Source of the DNA: Camelus dromedarius
Lineage: Eukaryota
Assembly (NCBI RefSeq): GCF_036321535.1
Contig: NC_087436.1
Location: 113,958,001-114,022,000 of the forward strand
Reading direction: 5' to 3'
DNA: 64,000 bases
In this document: positions 62,990-64,000 of the stretch, piece by piece
How the letters are laid out: each line of letters begins with the position of its first letter
How positions within the stretch are numbered: position 1 is the stretch's first letter
Notes under the pieces: model-generated
Told to the model about the DNA's origin: nothing
Database searches by the model: none
Seen by the model: the letters and a program-made list of their open reading frames with translations, nothing else
Position numbers and translations under genes: made by a program

Positions 62990-64000
62990 CTCTTTTTTAT
63001 TTACTCCAATTTTATTTAGATTTTTTAGCTATTTTTAATAATATAATGAACATATGGCAACCCAAGATGAAAACACAAACTAGGACCTTGATAATAGCTT
63101 ACACCTCTACAAGGCTCTCTCATCAACCCAGATCACTGTTTCCATTAACATGATGTAAATATCAGTCAGAATCCTGTGTTTATCATTCCCTTGATTTCCT
63201 TTTAGCATGCTGCCTTCTATTTGAGTTGCTAAATGTTATAAGCAAAACACACACATTTTTAAAAATTTAAGTAGTAAGTAATTTTTGAGAGTTACTTTTT
63301 TCTTTAATATTATGGTACTAACCATTCATCTATACTGTTTCTGTAGTTTGAGCCTGCATAATATTCCTGTGTGACTCTATCAGTTTATTCACTTACTCCA
63401 CTGAGGATAGACTTAAAGCTGGTTCTAGGTTTTCATTATAGTATTCATTATAGTATTTATTATAGCACTGCCATAAACATTTTTATATATGGCTTCTGCT
63501 TATGAATAAGTAAGGGTTTTATTTTCAGCATTAGTCTAGGACTGGGTTTTCTGAGTCAAAGTATGACAATTTTAGGAAATAATATCAAGCGATTTTCCAA
63601 GGTGATTCTACCATCTTACATGTCCATAAAAATTATACAAAAAATATTTTTCAACATATTGTATTGTGATTTCATTTAAGTTGCATTAATCCAATAGCTA
63701 TAAAATGATGTCATTGTAATATTGATTTGCTAATAAGGGAGGCTATCCCCCTTCTATTTTTTCATATTTTTACCAAATATGTGTTTGCTCTTCTATGAAA
63801 TGCATTTTTGTGTCTCTTATACATTTTTCTGTTGGGTTATCAATGTTCTTACTGTATAATATTGACATCAATCCTTTATTATTGTAAAAGATATCCCTGT
63901 CTTCTCTAAGTGTATAACTTGGATATTCACTTTCTTCCAAGAGTCTTTTGATAAAAACTTTAATTTTCTTACTTGTAACAGTGTTCACCTCACTAAGTGG
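62990..64000 (-). mobile_element. Old L1ME-type 3' region, runs off the window end
   Basis: tagcactgccataaacattttt, gattttccaaggtgattctaccatcttacat, tttgatttgc, ttctatgaaatgcatttttgtgtc. Confidence 0.7.

Noticed and set aside
1..64000. Prokaryote-style operon, defence system or CRISPR array
   Set aside because: The window is mammalian repeat-rich non-coding DNA with no long ORFs or repeat-spacer arrays.

Overview
Mammalian genomic DNA: AT-rich, CpG-depleted and dominated by interspersed repeats. It is most likely from a camelid (alpaca/llama/camel), judged from a tRNA-Ala-derived SINE of the camelid vic-1 type and matching young L1 3' ends. I recognise no protein-coding gene, RNA gene or CRISPR array; the listed ORFs look like chance ORFs or lie inside repeats, so the window is intergenic or deep intronic. 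Old repeats are MIR, L2, L1MC/ME, MaLR and ERVL LTRs and hAT DNA transposons. Young repeats are six L1 3'-end insertions with readable target-site duplications (TSDs), one SINE and one ERV1-type solo LTR. Repeat family names come from recalled consensus sequences, not a database search, and the boundaries of old repeats are approximate. The strongest unexpected signal is one young L1 copy (22977-23455) with about 13 sense-strand A-to-G changes relative to its sister copies in this window, all in an ADAR-like neighbour context. It may be a genomic fossil of an A-to-I hyper-edited L1 RNA. Other points of interest are a twin-primed (inverted) L1, a 35-bp L1 insertion, an orphan LTR promoter fragment, an inverted L1 pair, and several non-coding exon-like and enhancer-like segments. 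I found no evidence of a novel multi-gene system.
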